Of a DNA stretch of 64,000 nucleotides, positions 39,580 to 52,900 are shown piece after piece. Origin of the DNA: Raillietiella orientalis (taxonomy: Eukaryota); NCBI GenBank assembly GCA_036172245.1, contig JAYWIR010000022.1, forward strand, positions 2,914,001 through 2,978,000, in the 5' to 3' direction. A program made the position numbers and the translations under genes. Below the pieces are notes generated by a model. It was not told the origin of the DNA. It made no database searches and was given only the letters and a program-made list of their open reading frames with translations. Every line of letters begins with the position of its first letter. Positions within the stretch are counted from its first letter, which is position 1.

Positions 39580-42500
39580 TAGGTGGTGACCATCCGATGC
39601 TACCAACCCAAGGTATCCTGGGAGTATTGAAGGTTCGAGCGCATGGCTTCTTTCCTGACGTGCTTCGCCTCTTGCGAAGTTTTTAATTCCCTTAAAAATA
39701 CTTCGTCGTTCATCAGATCCCAGATATCCTGCGATGGCTGCTCTTCCATGTGTGAGCACCCTTTTGGAGGCCAGAAATAGAGAGCCAGTCTTCTATAATT
39801 GCTTTCCTTCTTTCTCCTTGAGTCCTCCAGTGCCACTGCTAAGTAATCAGAGAAGGTGGCGAGCCGCATAAATAATTTTTCCCTCCCCTTGGAACACCAG
39901 ATGGGACTCCAGCTTCACGACTATTTGCAGAATAGGTTAATCGGAGGTTACCGGTCCCAATGCTTCGAGGTAGCTTTCTGTGCGTCTCTGTGACTGTGGA
40001 GTGACTGTTGACGTGCCGGTTGAAAATGTGACCCAGCGATTCTTCCCACCACATCTTCCGCACGAATGATAAGCCCTATCCCTGCTGGACGATGGCTGCG
40101 GAGGTAAAAAGTTGACTCGTACAGCACGAATAAAACCTATAATCTTCGAATCGAAGGTATTCTCTGTTGTATAGAAAATGGTCCGAAAACCGATGCTGCC
40201 CGATGCTCCTCTTCCTTTGGTCCGGGCTGGAACGTCCCATGTACAGTCACCAAATGAACTTTGTGCTACTTCTTTCTGTTTTACCTGGATGCTTGCTTTC
40301 CCACCTTCCAGAGCTTCTGATACAACGGGTTTGTTCCACTTTCTGTCAGTCGCACCCTAGATATGAAATTTCTCAGATCCCCATGCCCGTTACGGCTTGT
40401 TCACCACCCAACGAAACTTCCTTTAAAACAGATCATGCATTGCTGGATCCGAGGAGGTTAGCAGTTCAGAGCAACCGTGTATAGCGGAGGCATCAACTTC
40501 AGTGGATCAATTAGGTAAGCTGAGACACTCTTCCCATCTGTGGGCATATACGAGGAGCATTTCGAAAGCAATGACCGATCGGAAATAAAGAAAGCACAAA
40601 TGAGAGAGACAAAAATGCATTCGTGGTTCGAAACACACACATCCCTATGTCATGTTTCTACGTAGTCACCATTTTTTCCCCAAACACTTTTGATACCGTG
40701 GAACAAGCTTTTTGAAACCCTCTGCACCACCTTCCGCCGCCTGGGAGTTCAGCCAGTTCTCAACTCCTTACCTTCCTCGAATCGAGATGCAAGCCACTTC
40801 TTGAGGTGCAGGAAGAAGTGGCAGTCACTGGACGCGAGGTCAGGACTGTAAGGTGGGTGATCAAAAAGTCCCCATTTGAATCTCCGAACTGTCTGGAATG
40901 TGCGAACAGCATGTGTTGCCAAGGCGCGCGCTCTCGTGAAGGAGGAGGACAATTCCTGATCTCATTCCTGGGCTCACCGTGCACACAGTTTACGGCAGCC
41001 TAGTGTGTCAGCCACAATTCTGAACAATGTTGTCTTTGAAACTTCTGGAACTTCTATGGAAAGATCGCGAATCGTAAAGCGACGACTTTCTCTCACTTTC
41101 GCATTCACACGCTCTACGAGATCATCCGTCTGAACGCTCGACCTGCCGCTCCTCTCTTCATCGTGAACATCCGAATGGCCTTCCCTAAACTCACAGCACC
41201 ACTGCCTTACTTTTCCTTCACTCATTACTGTAGTGCCATAAATTTCACACAATTCACGGTGAATTGCAGCAGCATTTCGTCCTTTTGCATTAAGAAATCG
41301 AATCACCGACCGGACTTCACAACTGGCGGGATCATTTATTTTCGCACTCATCGTAACTCACTGTCAAAAAAAAGCAAACAATCACAGACTGGTCAAAATA
41401 TGACAGAAGACATGCCAAACAGGCCAGTTGAAGCTACTGACCATGAGCGACCCAGTCAGTGTTGCCAATCAATTCTTATAGCCAGTCGGCCCTTACTTTT
41501 GAAATGAGCTTCCTACGTATCCATTAACCTCCCAGTTTGGCACTCATTTTTGAAGAGTTAACTAAAGCTGTTGATCCGCAACCTCCTTTCTTCAAGGAGG
41601 AAATCCGCAATGCAATATGGCAACTCCATGTCCAAAAGTTGCTGTATAGTGGGCTCTGATGAAAATCCAGACCATATCCTTTTCCCAAGGATCCTTATGC
41701 CTCAAGGAAGTCCAGCACTGCAACTTCGCTTACGCTGATCTTGAAAGTGTTTTTCTATGATTCCTCTTGGTGTCATAGCTTAGAGGAGATCGGAGGGGAT
41801 TCATCCATAGGGCAGCTGTTTGCACAAGTCACAGAACAGGTGAAGACATTCATGAAGTCCATCCTCTGGCTCTACCATTAGCAATAGTTCGTCCATGGAG
41901 GTTTGCGGGAGTTTTCTTCGAACGACCCTCATAGCTTGCGAAGAATGGGCTCGCTAGTAATGTTAAATAGCAGGGAGCTAAGAGAACGTTCCTGCTTCAC
42001 TCTAAATCTGCAAGTCCCTTAAAGCTTGTGACCCTGCTTTCAGCAAACGTGTATAGGTCTCTGTAAGAGTGCTTGATAGTATTTCTGCTACTTTTCTTCA
42101 CCACAGGACTCCCATATGACAGCACGTGCTGGATCGTCCTAAATGCATTAGATCAATGGATGCAATGGTGATCTGGAGTCGTCGAGCCCAGTTTTCAGGA
42201 TAAAGTCTTGCTCGAGGACCTTATCACATGGTAGGAAACCCCTCTGTAGACAAATGAGATACAAGTTGTCCATGGACAACTCTCCATGTCTTTGAGTGAA
42301 ACATTTCGCAAAGGGGCGACAAATACAATCTTCAGGTGACAATGATCGACTGTCTCTTATTCTTTAGCAAAAGATGATTCGGGGAGCAAGGTTGTCCTCC
42401 AATACATCCAGCGCATCGGTGTTTTCTGGAGGCATATGTTAAAGATATCTGGAATCATTACTTCCTCTTAATCCCTGGATTCCAGCCTTTGTGGGAAATT

Positions 42501-42650
42501 TCATCTTATCCTAGGAAGAAGTATTTTGATTTGTTTGGTGTCTGATTTGTACTCAAATTTGTCTGTCCTAAAAGGTGTAAACCAATCGGGGAGAAAGGAT
42601 TGCTCCTTGAGATTTTGATCTCTGCCATCGATGGATCTGTGGAAGACTGC
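39580..42650 (-). mobile_element. Decayed RLE-type non-LTR retrotransposon (R2/NeSL/Utopia-like), split by a mariner
   Basis: RT motifs LQRGFLPCDKVLEQDFIL (~42240) and RVKQERSLSSLLFNITSEPILR (41941-42005). On the far side of the mariner are PDQRK...SDHFLYNREYLRFEDYRF/IRAVRVNFLP (40100-40230) and a decayed knuckle EESLGHIFN (~40030). Many stops and frameshifts; boundaries approximate. Confidence 0.75.
40549..41519 (-). mobile_element. Internally deleted mariner (Tc1/mariner) transposon, inactive
   Basis: ORF 41351-40974 reads MSAKINDPASCEVRSVIRFL...DEERSGR...RKLCAR* (the W of the WVP motif is now TGA). Further on are HPPYSPDLASSD and KLVPRYQKC...GDYVE. Degenerate TIRs TACG-AGGA-GC--ATTTCGAAAGCAA and TACGTAGGAAGCTCATTTCAAAAGTAA, with flanking TA at 40549 and 41518. 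Confidence 0.92.
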
Positions 42651-44987
42651 GTTTCGAAATCTCTTTTCATGTCAGCGAACTCACAGAATAATGCATTGAC
42701 CTTGCAAGTATTAATCTCTTACTCGGGTGTTTGAAAAATAGGTATTTCCAAATACATAAAAATTTCGAAACGAATACTTGTTTATTTTGCTGATTAAATC
42801 TTCTAAACAAAATTTATTTTTCAATTCAGTCTAGGATTTTCATGTGTATATTTAGAACTAATGTTCCAAAAAAAGAACATCATTTTATTGAACGAAATTT
42901 TACTGAGAAGAGTTAATCTTCAAATGAATCGTTTTAAATATGAAGCATGCTTCATTTTGTCGGAGTTATCTCATTCCAATCTTGTTTATTTGTGATAGTG
43001 AATAAATTCATTACTCTAGTGTTTGCTTCAGAGCAACTCAGTTGTCATATCGGTAAGTATATAAGCGGTACAAAGTAAAATTTCCAAATAAAAAATCGGG
43101 GTACAGTTTGTTTTCTCGAGTTAAGAAAAAATCATTTATTTCCCATGTCTAATCGATAAACTTAGAATCCTTGGTTGAACTCTTGAAGATATTTTTTACT
43201 TTGAACCTATGATCTGTATTTTTGTTTACACTGCTACATATTTATTAGTCTGTAATGGGAATAAATATTTTAATCAAGGAATTGGTGTTTTCTTCGATAT
43301 ATAAAATTATTCTTTCCTACAGATTTAACTCATACTCTGGTTTACATTTTGATAAAGATAATATTCGAATCAACATGACATAAACTCTTTAAAATATTCT
43401 CAATTCTTTGTTACATTTAATTGTTTCTATGTGCACTTTCTCGAGTAAACTTCCTATTTTTTTTTACATTGTATTAAGAAAATATCTTTCAATGCCCAAC
43501 TTTGAAATTAGCATCATGTTTCTAATAGACATAATTTGCAGTGCTAAATTATCTCTTCTAATGGAATATTATTGGCAAATAGTCTACTTTGTTAGGTTAG
43601 TAAGTATCAGAACTGTACATGAAATCTTTTATGCAAATCTACAAGGAAGAGAAAGCTATGAAAAAACATCCTAAATAACAACGGTAGCTAAGAATTGTCA
43701 TCCTATAAAATAATTTTTTATTCAAATCACAATAATAATGATTTTTCATATATATTTCAAGATCATAACTTTTGATTAAAAAAGTCCTGCTTTAATCTAG
43801 TAGCGTATAGAAGTACTTCGTCGCAGACCAAGTTATGTAAATTATTTAAAAGTTTTACAAAATTGAAAAGTGCATATAGAAAACCATGGAACTTTGAAAC
43901 TAATCACAACTTGCCAAATTATCTGATGTGGATTTGAAATTCTAATGTGAGCATTTTTTTAACATTTAGTTTGAAAGTTGGGAATTCTGTTTGTTCTTCC
44001 TCCATTGCAATTGTGAATGAGGACTTGCAGCGGTGAGTGTTAGAATTGGTTTTAATGAATAGTTTTAGATGCTGCTTTTATTTGCAACCCTAGTAACCTA
44101 CTCCATAGAAATTTTGGTATATTGGATTATCGATTCAGTTTCTTTTGATGACATCTTAAAAGTGCATGTTTCTTGCTCGATTTCTGTTTTCGTGATTTAA
44201 ATGACGATGCATTCCTAATCATGTAAATTTCTAATGGATATGAGCTGTTTGATGTTTTGAATTTCTTCTTTAGTTTCAAGATATAGTGAATAGTAGGAGA
44301 AATCCCTCGAATGTTTTGTCTTTTATATGTGCATGTGTGCAAGTGTATCTTTTGTTTCTCTTCGACTCCAAATCAGTCTAATAGTATTCAAAAAAAAAAT
44401 CGGTTCTGAATGCTTTTCCATTGTTTTGAAGGCAAATTATGGTTGTAAATAATATTGTATAAGTGACGCAGATTTTGAATCTTGTATTATGTTATAAATA
44501 ATTGGGTAATGCAGTACTGTCGTATAAGATGTAGTAACACCATTGGTTAGTGTTTGCATGTTTTGTTGCTGGTATGAGTTCACAGTTGGTGTTGGAAACA
44601 AATTTTGATTACATTCAGATGCGATAACTATAAAGTGTGCTAACTTTTCATGGTTGATGTTCTCATTTGTATTTTCTTTTCATTTTGGATAAATATAAAG
44701 AATATGGTATAATAATAAAAAATAATTCTACTAGGTAAACGAAAAATATAAGTTTTCATTGCGCTCCGTGATTTGCAAATGTGTGGAAAACAAGTAGACC
44801 AGATTTAAATTGTAAAAAGAGTGGTGTACTTTCTGTAAATGGGTTATTGAGTGCATATTTCATTATTAATTTGATCCTGAAGTCTATAATCCATGCTCGA
44901 CAGTTGCATTTTTATCGTGCAGATGTTTTTTTGGTTTTATTGTGTGTACAACTGTCTTTTCTTGTGCAAATAGATACTTTTTAAATA

Positions 44988-46886
44988 ATGGCTGCAATTA
45001 CCACACTTAATCCAAAAGCTGAAGTAGCAAAAGCAGCGCAAGCACTTGCCATTAATATTTCTGCTGCTAAGGGGATCCAGGATGTTCTCAGAACAAATCT
45101 TGGTCCAAAAGGAACTATGAAAATGTGAGTACTGAAATATGTATTTGCAGATATTGATTTTCTTGAAAGGCTTGTTTCTGGATCAGGAGATATCAAAATA
45201 ACAAAAGATGGAAGTGTTCTTCTTCATGAAATGGTAAGTCGCATTTTACACCATTTCAGTCCAGTTTTGTGTTTTAGCAAATCCAGCATCCTACTGCTTC
45301 TCTGATTGCTCGAGCAACAACAGCTCAAGATGATATCTTGGGAGATGGAACGACCTCAAGCATTTTGATGATCGGTGAACTGTTGAAACAGGCCAACAAT
45401 TATCTCTCAGAAGGAGTACATCCACGTGTGATAGCAGAAGGTCTCAAAATGGGAAAAGAACATGCGTTGAAAGTATTGGAAACATTGAAAATTTTTCCAA
45501 AAATGGATCGCGATGTCCTTATTGATGTAGCACGTACTTCTCTGGGTACCAAACTTCAGTCTTCTATGGCTGAACTGTTAACAGAGGTTAAATTGATTGT
45601 TGCATATGTTAAATGACTTGGTTTGTGCTGTAGATATGTGTGGATGCAGTTTTGGCTATTCGTAGAGAAGGCTTTCCTCTTGATCTCCATATGGTTGAAA
45701 TTGCTGAGATGCAACATCGTTCTGAATCATCAAGCACTCTAATTCGTGGTCTGGTAATGGATCATGGTGGTCGACATCCTGATATGCCACGTCGATTAGA
45801 GAATGCTTTTGTTCTCACATGCAACATCAGTTTGGAATATGAAAAAACGTGAGTACAAGAAGAAACAGTAATCCAATTGCTGTTAGTGAAGTGAATGCAG
45901 GATTCTTTTACAAATCAGCAGAAGATAGGGAAAAATTGCTGCATTCTGAGCATGCATTCATAGAAGAGAGAGTTAAAAAAATCATTGAGCTCAAACATAA
46001 AGTGTGTCATGATCCACACACTAGTTTTTTGGTGGTCAATCAAAAGGGTATTGATCCCAACTCCTTGGATATGCTTGCTAAGGAAGGTATTTTGGCACTT
46101 CGCCGTGCAAAACGGCGTAATTTGGAAAGACTTCCCCTTGCTTGTGGTGGCTACTGTGTAAACTCTGTTGATGAATTAACGCCTGATTGTCTGGGCAAAG
46201 CAGGACTTGTGTATGAACATGTCTTGGTAATACACCATTGTGAGTGAGCCAGTTCCTCAGAGTGTTTTCAGGGAGAAGACAAGTTCACCTTTGTTGAGGA
46301 ATGTGCTGATCCACATTCAGTAACAGTGTTGCTAAAAGCTGCATCGCGCCATGGTTTATTGCAGCTGAAGGATGCTGTGAGAGATGGGCTTCGTTCAGTG
46401 AAGAACACATTGGATGATGGCTGTGTTTTGCCTGGAGCAGGTGCTGTAGAACTGTTCCTCCATTCTTCATTGCAGCAGTACAGCCAAAGCATCACAAGCC
46501 GCTTTCATTTGGGAATAAAGGCATTTGCTGAAGCACTGCTGATCATTCCCAAAGTTCTGGGTAGGTACCATTCTGAATATGAATCTGGATTGATTCTTTA
46601 GCCCAAAATTCTGGATTTGATCAAATGGAAACTCTGGTCAAGTTACAGGAAGAGCTTTCAGCAACCAAACAACCAGTAGGACTTGATATCAATTCAGGGT
46701 GTCCATTGTTGCCTGCGGAGTCAGGCATTTTTGATAACTATGCTGTTAAAAAGCATGTCATTTCCAACAGGTAGGAATCCACTTGGGAAGGGAAAAGAAT
46801 TATCGCTTATGCCCAGCACGGTGATTGCCAGTAATTTGCTGCTTGTGGATGAAATCATGAGAGCCGGCCTGTCCTCTCTTAAATGA
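44988..46886 (+). CDS. CCT6: T-complex protein 1 subunit zeta (chaperonin CCT6), 8 exons
   Basis: Exons 44988-45124, 45170-45233, 45278-45586, 45634-45848, 45887-46226, 46272-46560, 46602-46770 and 46817-46886. Motifs [54 protein letters not shown] and [15 protein letters not shown]. Confidence 0.97.
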
Positions 46887-46898
46887 GCATTGAAAACA

Positions 46899-46904
46899 AA
46901 TAAA
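46899..46904 (+). promoter_or_regulatory. Polyadenylation signal of CCT6
   Basis: AATAAA 12 nt after the TGA stop. Confidence 0.6.
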
Positions 46905-49900
46905 ATTTTCGTGCTATTGCTCGTGTTGGCAAATTATTTATTCAAAGCATTGAAAAGTGTCAAGGAAATGTGGAGTTGAAAAATGCAGTCTGATCATTCA
47001 CAGGAGCGTTTTGCAACTAATAAGCAAATGAAATTTTGTTGGTAATTTGATAAAGGGAGCTGTTTTCAAAAGCAAAAAATACTTTGAAATCTAAGCATTT
47101 CTGTTTGCATCGCGAGAATTTAGGTTTTTCAGAAAAGCAACCACAACGTGCACAATTTTTTTTTTCTTGTTTCCATGTTCTGAGGATTACACTGCAATTT
47201 GGCGAGGTGACTGATTGCCCTCTTTCCACAACCAACCACCACCAATCTGTGCCCAGCAAAACCCCGAGAAGCGTGATGTGCACGGAGACCATCCTTTGCA
47301 AGGCGTAAAAAAGGAAAAAAAAAAAAGCATCCTACTTGAGATCGTTATTGCCTGCAGAAGGGTGTATGCCTTATTGCTCGTGGTTTATGTATGTTGGATT
47401 AGGCAACGGAAATGTTTCCCACGTGAGGTACATGCCGTAATAACGCAAGTGTTGGTAATAAGACAGCATGCTCATGAAGGAGATGCGTTGGGCATTCTTA
47501 TGCTGTACTCTACTGTGAATTGTCAGTATGAAGGCTCTTAAAGTATGAAGTCGTACGTTTCGGATTCCGCCCTCCCAACTTGTGGGCCGTTCTCACAAGG
47601 AATTCTCCCGAACATTGTTGTAATTTCGTGTCCCATCAATGGAAGTGGGTGGAAAGCTCAGGAAAGCACGTGGCATTTGTCGGACTTTCGAGTAGTGGGA
47701 ACGGCGGTGTGTGCTGCTATTACTCGCCGAAGGAAAGCGTGGTAAATCGTCCACCGATGGACAACGCCTTCAAAGGCTGTGTGAAGCGCTTCGCCAAAGC
47801 CGTCTGGCGACTGAGGATAAGGAAGGCTGGTTTATTAAAGCATCCGATCGAAGTGAAGTGTATTGCGACCGATTCCGTGCAGCGACCACATCATTCAGCC
47901 CTGGTGGGAGTGCTTCTCGATTAGCGGTTGCACTTTCTGTCCATTCTTTGTTACGGTAAGGACATCGGATAGCTCCTTTGGTAATCCGTTTCCTTGTCGA
48001 CAATGATGTGTACAGTGTATCGTACGCGCAAGCCATCGGGTAAAGCGAGTTTCCAAATATGCTTGAAGGAGAGTTTCAGATGAATCCTTCAAGGCCGGCA
48101 TAAACGTCGCATCAAGAACCCCTCCATTCCAGTTGCAACAGTGCCTATGTTCTGCAGATGAGGTCCGCAAGCTGCTGTCAACATCAGATTGGCTCTTCAG
48201 CGATGGATTTCCATGTTCCATCGAAACAAATGCGATGAAGACGATTGGTCGGTACTTATGGAGCTTCTATAGAACGCTTCCAAGATTCCAATCTAGCAGT
48301 CGCAACGAGCCTTAAGGTAGGAACGAGTGGAGGGTCTTTTAGGGTGTCATTTCGAAGTTGAATCTGAAGCTTTGCTGTTCTGTTGGGATGCTTCTTTAGG
48401 TGCAAAATAAGAATAAAACCTCATATATTACTTATCCTGAAGCAAGAACAATTCTTCATCCTTATGGAATAGGGGGTGTACCGCAGCTCCGTTTCTATGC
48501 CTAATCAGGCGATCTAGGCCAGCAATCAAGTAGCATGAAAAGAAGGGGGGACATGCTGCTGCTCGCGTTTCCAAGGACTTTTGTACTAGATTCTAGATGT
48601 TTCCAGGCTGGAAAAAGTTCGATGAGTTTTCGTGTTTCTGGAGTAGCACGAGAACCGAAGTAAAAACTCTGCTGAAAACACGACTTTTTCCAGACTAAAA
48701 GTGGCTAACGGATTAAGCGATTTCGACGTAAGAAGAAACGCCACATTTCTTACTGCAACTTGCTCTTGGATGTAAAAGCGACTCCAAGCACTTCTTTCAG
48801 CAGTCACGGCAGCCAAGGGAACAGAATGGTGATCCGAACAAAAGCGTGCTGCTGCACCGTGTCCCCAAGATGCTCACCTCTATAGGGCTCCAAGCAGAAG
48901 CTTCCTGCTGCTTTGTAAGGTGCAAGCCAAAGGCATCGAAGAAAGAAAGATTCCGCCCTCGGTATAAGATGCAGAAAGGTGATGCGTGGTGGCTTGCACG
49001 GTGGATTCTAAGGATAAGGCCTGGAGAACACAACCGACCAATTATTTTGATTCTCGTGCATAAAGAGGTGCAAGACATGTTTCGACGGAAGAAAATCTCG
49101 TGCAACGTGCTTAGATTCAGTGATTGGAGTGAGAAGACCCACACATTAAGGAAATCGGAAACTTGTGCTTCAAGAAATCGGCTGCAGATCAAAGGAAACG
49201 CTAAAATTCGCTGAAATCAGCAACCCTAAAAGGTGACCTCACCTTCAGCAGCGTATCGAGAGTATTGCAAAGCAAATGTACTTTGCAATCTTCCACTTTC
49301 TGTTTCCATGAATTCTGGTATCAAAGAAAGAACAAAAGGAAAAAAAGATGCTAGGACAGCTTCAGTCGCCCGAGAAACGAAATTGATGAAGTGCACCCAG
49401 GTGAGCAGGTCAAGGGAAGGATCCCTCCCCCCTCCCCTCCCCAGCCACATATAATGCTTCACATTTGAAACGGAAGCTGTTTTGGGATGAAAAATGGAAA
49501 ACCCATTCGTACTTAAAAGAGTCTGTCCGTAGCTGCATTGAAAAATTCAGGCATATGCAAGGCGGCATGTGAGCAGCACGCAGCCAAAGTTGGGCAAACA
49601 GCCTTGAAACAGTTAGAGAATTAGTGACCCAGAGGAAGATGTTTCCATATTTAAGGTTATGTGAAGTATTTAAAATAAAAAAGTATTTCCAAGGAGAACG
49701 AATTCTTATTCCACTCGCTGAACGAAAAATAAGACAGTAAGACTCCCCTTAGTCAATGCCGGGAAGGAAAAAAAAACGATTTCAAATCGCACAATGAATT
49801 CTACTCCTAGTCGTGAAAGAAAACAGACGGAGGTATTGCTGTTTTTATTTCCGAGATCTCGCAAAAACTAAAACTGAGCAACACGCCGAAGATCTTGGAA

Positions 49901-52900
49901 GCGGGGAACAGTGTTCTTCCAAGCACATTCAAGAGCATTCCAAAGGAAGGTTTCCAGACGCAATACGAATAAAATTCCGAAGCCAAAACTTGGGATACAA
50001 AAGATAAGATTTTATCAAGAGATCCAGAGCCTCCGTGAGATTTTACGCAAGGTGCTTTTATCGTGATTTTCAAACATTTGGAAATTTGGCTTAGTAAGTT
50101 GTTAAGAAAAAAATGCTTCTTTATGCATTTTTTCTCTTTTGTGCGTCCGATAAATTCATGAGTAATCCTGATCGTGCTGATCCATATTGTTTTCGCACCA
50201 AAATCAGAAAATTTTTTTTTTGTGTGTTTTCGTTAGTAGGGCACCAGGGTGTTATTGTTTTTGATGAAACAAACGAGAGGAAGACGAATATTAAAGGAAG
50301 AAGAAGAAGAAAAGGAAAAGAGGTCTGCACAGCACTTTTGGACACTTTGGAAACAAGCGGGGGGGGGGGAGCACGGACGGGGGCAGCCATGCAGCAACTC
50401 ACGCCAATGGGAAGGCTGTGGACGATGACAAAGGTGGCGGAGAAATGGACCCGGTGGAAAATCCAGTTCTTTTAGACCTGTGCTGTTAGAAAATCCTCAC
50501 AAGGAAGGCGTTTTTTTTTTTCAAACGGAAAGAATCATTCCAGGTGTGGATTTCGTGGAGGGGGATATCGCACAGCAGAGAACACGAAATGTGTTTGTTC
50601 GCCTTACGGTTTTTATAAGGACAAATAGCTTTGAGAAAACATAAGTAGCAATCTTTAGAAAATTCCCTAATTTGTTATCACTGTAGTATTTTAAGCATTC
50701 TCCAAAAGAAAGCGTTAAAACCATTTTAGTAAAACACTTAAAACTTGACCCTGAGCAACTTCAGGCTCCTTATGTACGAGTTCTCTGCATGCTTTCTTGT
50801 ATAGGGAAAGACGTACTATCCAACGAAGAATTCAATATACCACCAGGCTTTAACCCTTTTACTGTTGCTGCTTTGTTTTTTTTCTGAAACTTCTCTGGAC
50901 GGGCTCCAGATTATTCCAGAACGTTGAAAATGTACATTTCACGCTTACTCCAATTCACACCCATGGAGTCCTCGCTGGGGCTGAATCAGCTTAAACCACA
51001 TAGGGATCGAATAATAAACTCCAAGGTAGCTCCGAGGTAGAAACGGCAGCCATCCAACACTTTCGAAATACTTTCCGCTATCTGGAAGAGAAAAAAAACA
51101 GCTGCTGTGCGTATTCAGCGGTTCTCCGCAAACTCAAAGTCTCCATTACTGTAAGAGACCAAGGCGACCGCTCATTCCGAGTAATAGCAAGCTGTGCTGA
51201 TGCAGAGGCAGGCATCAGCACCTGGATGCCCAGAGGCGGGAGGACATGACGACGACGAACCGCTGGGCTTTAGCGATCCCCACATTTCGTTCACCACGAT
51301 GTGCATTTGGGACGAATAAGCAGTATGACGAGTAACCGGCCACCCCGTACTCCTTATAACCGAGTTTTACGATAGAAACAGTATGACGATTATTACACTA
51401 CTAACACGAATAATTCAACGACAGGGATTTGCATGAAGCTCATTATCGAGTCTTTCAGGTGCTTTGGAACTTTGAAGAGACAGAGATGGAGGAAAATTAG
51501 CAAGTGGAAAGAGGGAACGGAATTTAATCTTAAAGCTTTTGATTTCACTGCGACACAGCAGCATCATACCAAGAGATCAAGGAGCTTTTGATTCTTCCGT
51601 GCTTGGAAGGGATTTCCGTCTCGAACGTTCGCTGGCTGAAATGCTGGGTTTTCGCGTTCAGAACCTTTGTTCTACGTGCACTGTCGTCAGTGCCGTAGAG
51701 GTCATCCGTGTCAGAATGGACTGGAGCTTCTGGCAAGAACGTAGGCTGCTGCGTCTTTGCTTAGCTGTGGTTCTCATCGTCAAAAACACAAAAGTCTCCG
51801 GGAGTGACAACAGCATGAATCTTGTAGTGTTGCTAGCTGTCCAAGCAATTTTCCATTTCCGTGTAGGATGGGACCTGGGAGAGCCACTTGGTCGAAGAAC
51901 ACACGATTCGCCTGCAAACCTTAGGCTGGGACAAGAGCAACTTCTGTCGCGAATCTGAGGACTGCATGCCTGCTCGATGATGATAATGATAACGATGATA
52001 ATCATCCTCTCGCAATTTATACGCGTTTGGTGAGGATGGCAGCAGCAGTATACGAAATAGAAAGAATTCTACAGCCGCTCAGGGTTTCGCGAATAGCCAT
52101 TGGATACTTCAGCTGCACATCAGTGTTCACACTCTTGCTCGTAGTACAACTGAAATGTAAAGCTTCAACCAAAGCTGTCCATTGAAGCTGGAGGCCAAGC
52201 TTGGTGACTTGGTCAGGAGTGAAGAAGAATGTAAAGGGAGCATTCGAATCCACAGCAGGCGCAAATAAGTTGGTGGTATGAGCAGCCCGCGTAAACAAAG
52301 CATTGACGGGCACCTGAGGTCATTGGAATTCGGAGTCAACTGTTGACACTGGAGGTTGCATTAAATAAGAGCCATTATCTTCATCTTGCTATGGATGTTG
52401 GTGTAGCTTTTTCATTTCTCCTGTAGCAAGTGTAGTTCTTCAAAAAAGGAATCGTAAAGTTTTTATTGCCTGTTTTTTTTTAAAGAAAATAAAAAACCGA
52501 TGAATGAATGAATTCGACGCATTAGATAAACCATAACTTGTTGAAGGTTGTCCTTTTTTTCTCCGATTTGCCAGTGATTAGAAGTGCTCGTGGGAACCAA
52601 AACCTGCTGCTTTGGGTTCCCCCACTCCACCTGACAGACACTGTGCAACTCTCCGCACGTTATGATGCTGATTATCTGACGCAGTCTTTACTGTTTCGAT
52701 AGCCTTTCAGTGACCACTGCCGGTCGCAACCGGCTTTGCGAGCCGCAACAGAAGTGTGATGCAGAAAACGAAAACTGGTACTGAGGTTGCTGATGTACAT
52801 CAACGGACTTCCTGCTAATCTATCTTGTATCTATGATAGCTTAAAAACGAGATCATAGATGGATTCCGTCAGGATGACCAGCGTTTCAAGTTTTCTTTGC

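Noticed and set aside
39200..39600. U2 snRNA fragment at the 3' flank of the Utopia-like element
   Set aside because: The expected TCTGTTCTTATCAG target sequence was not seen on the required strand.
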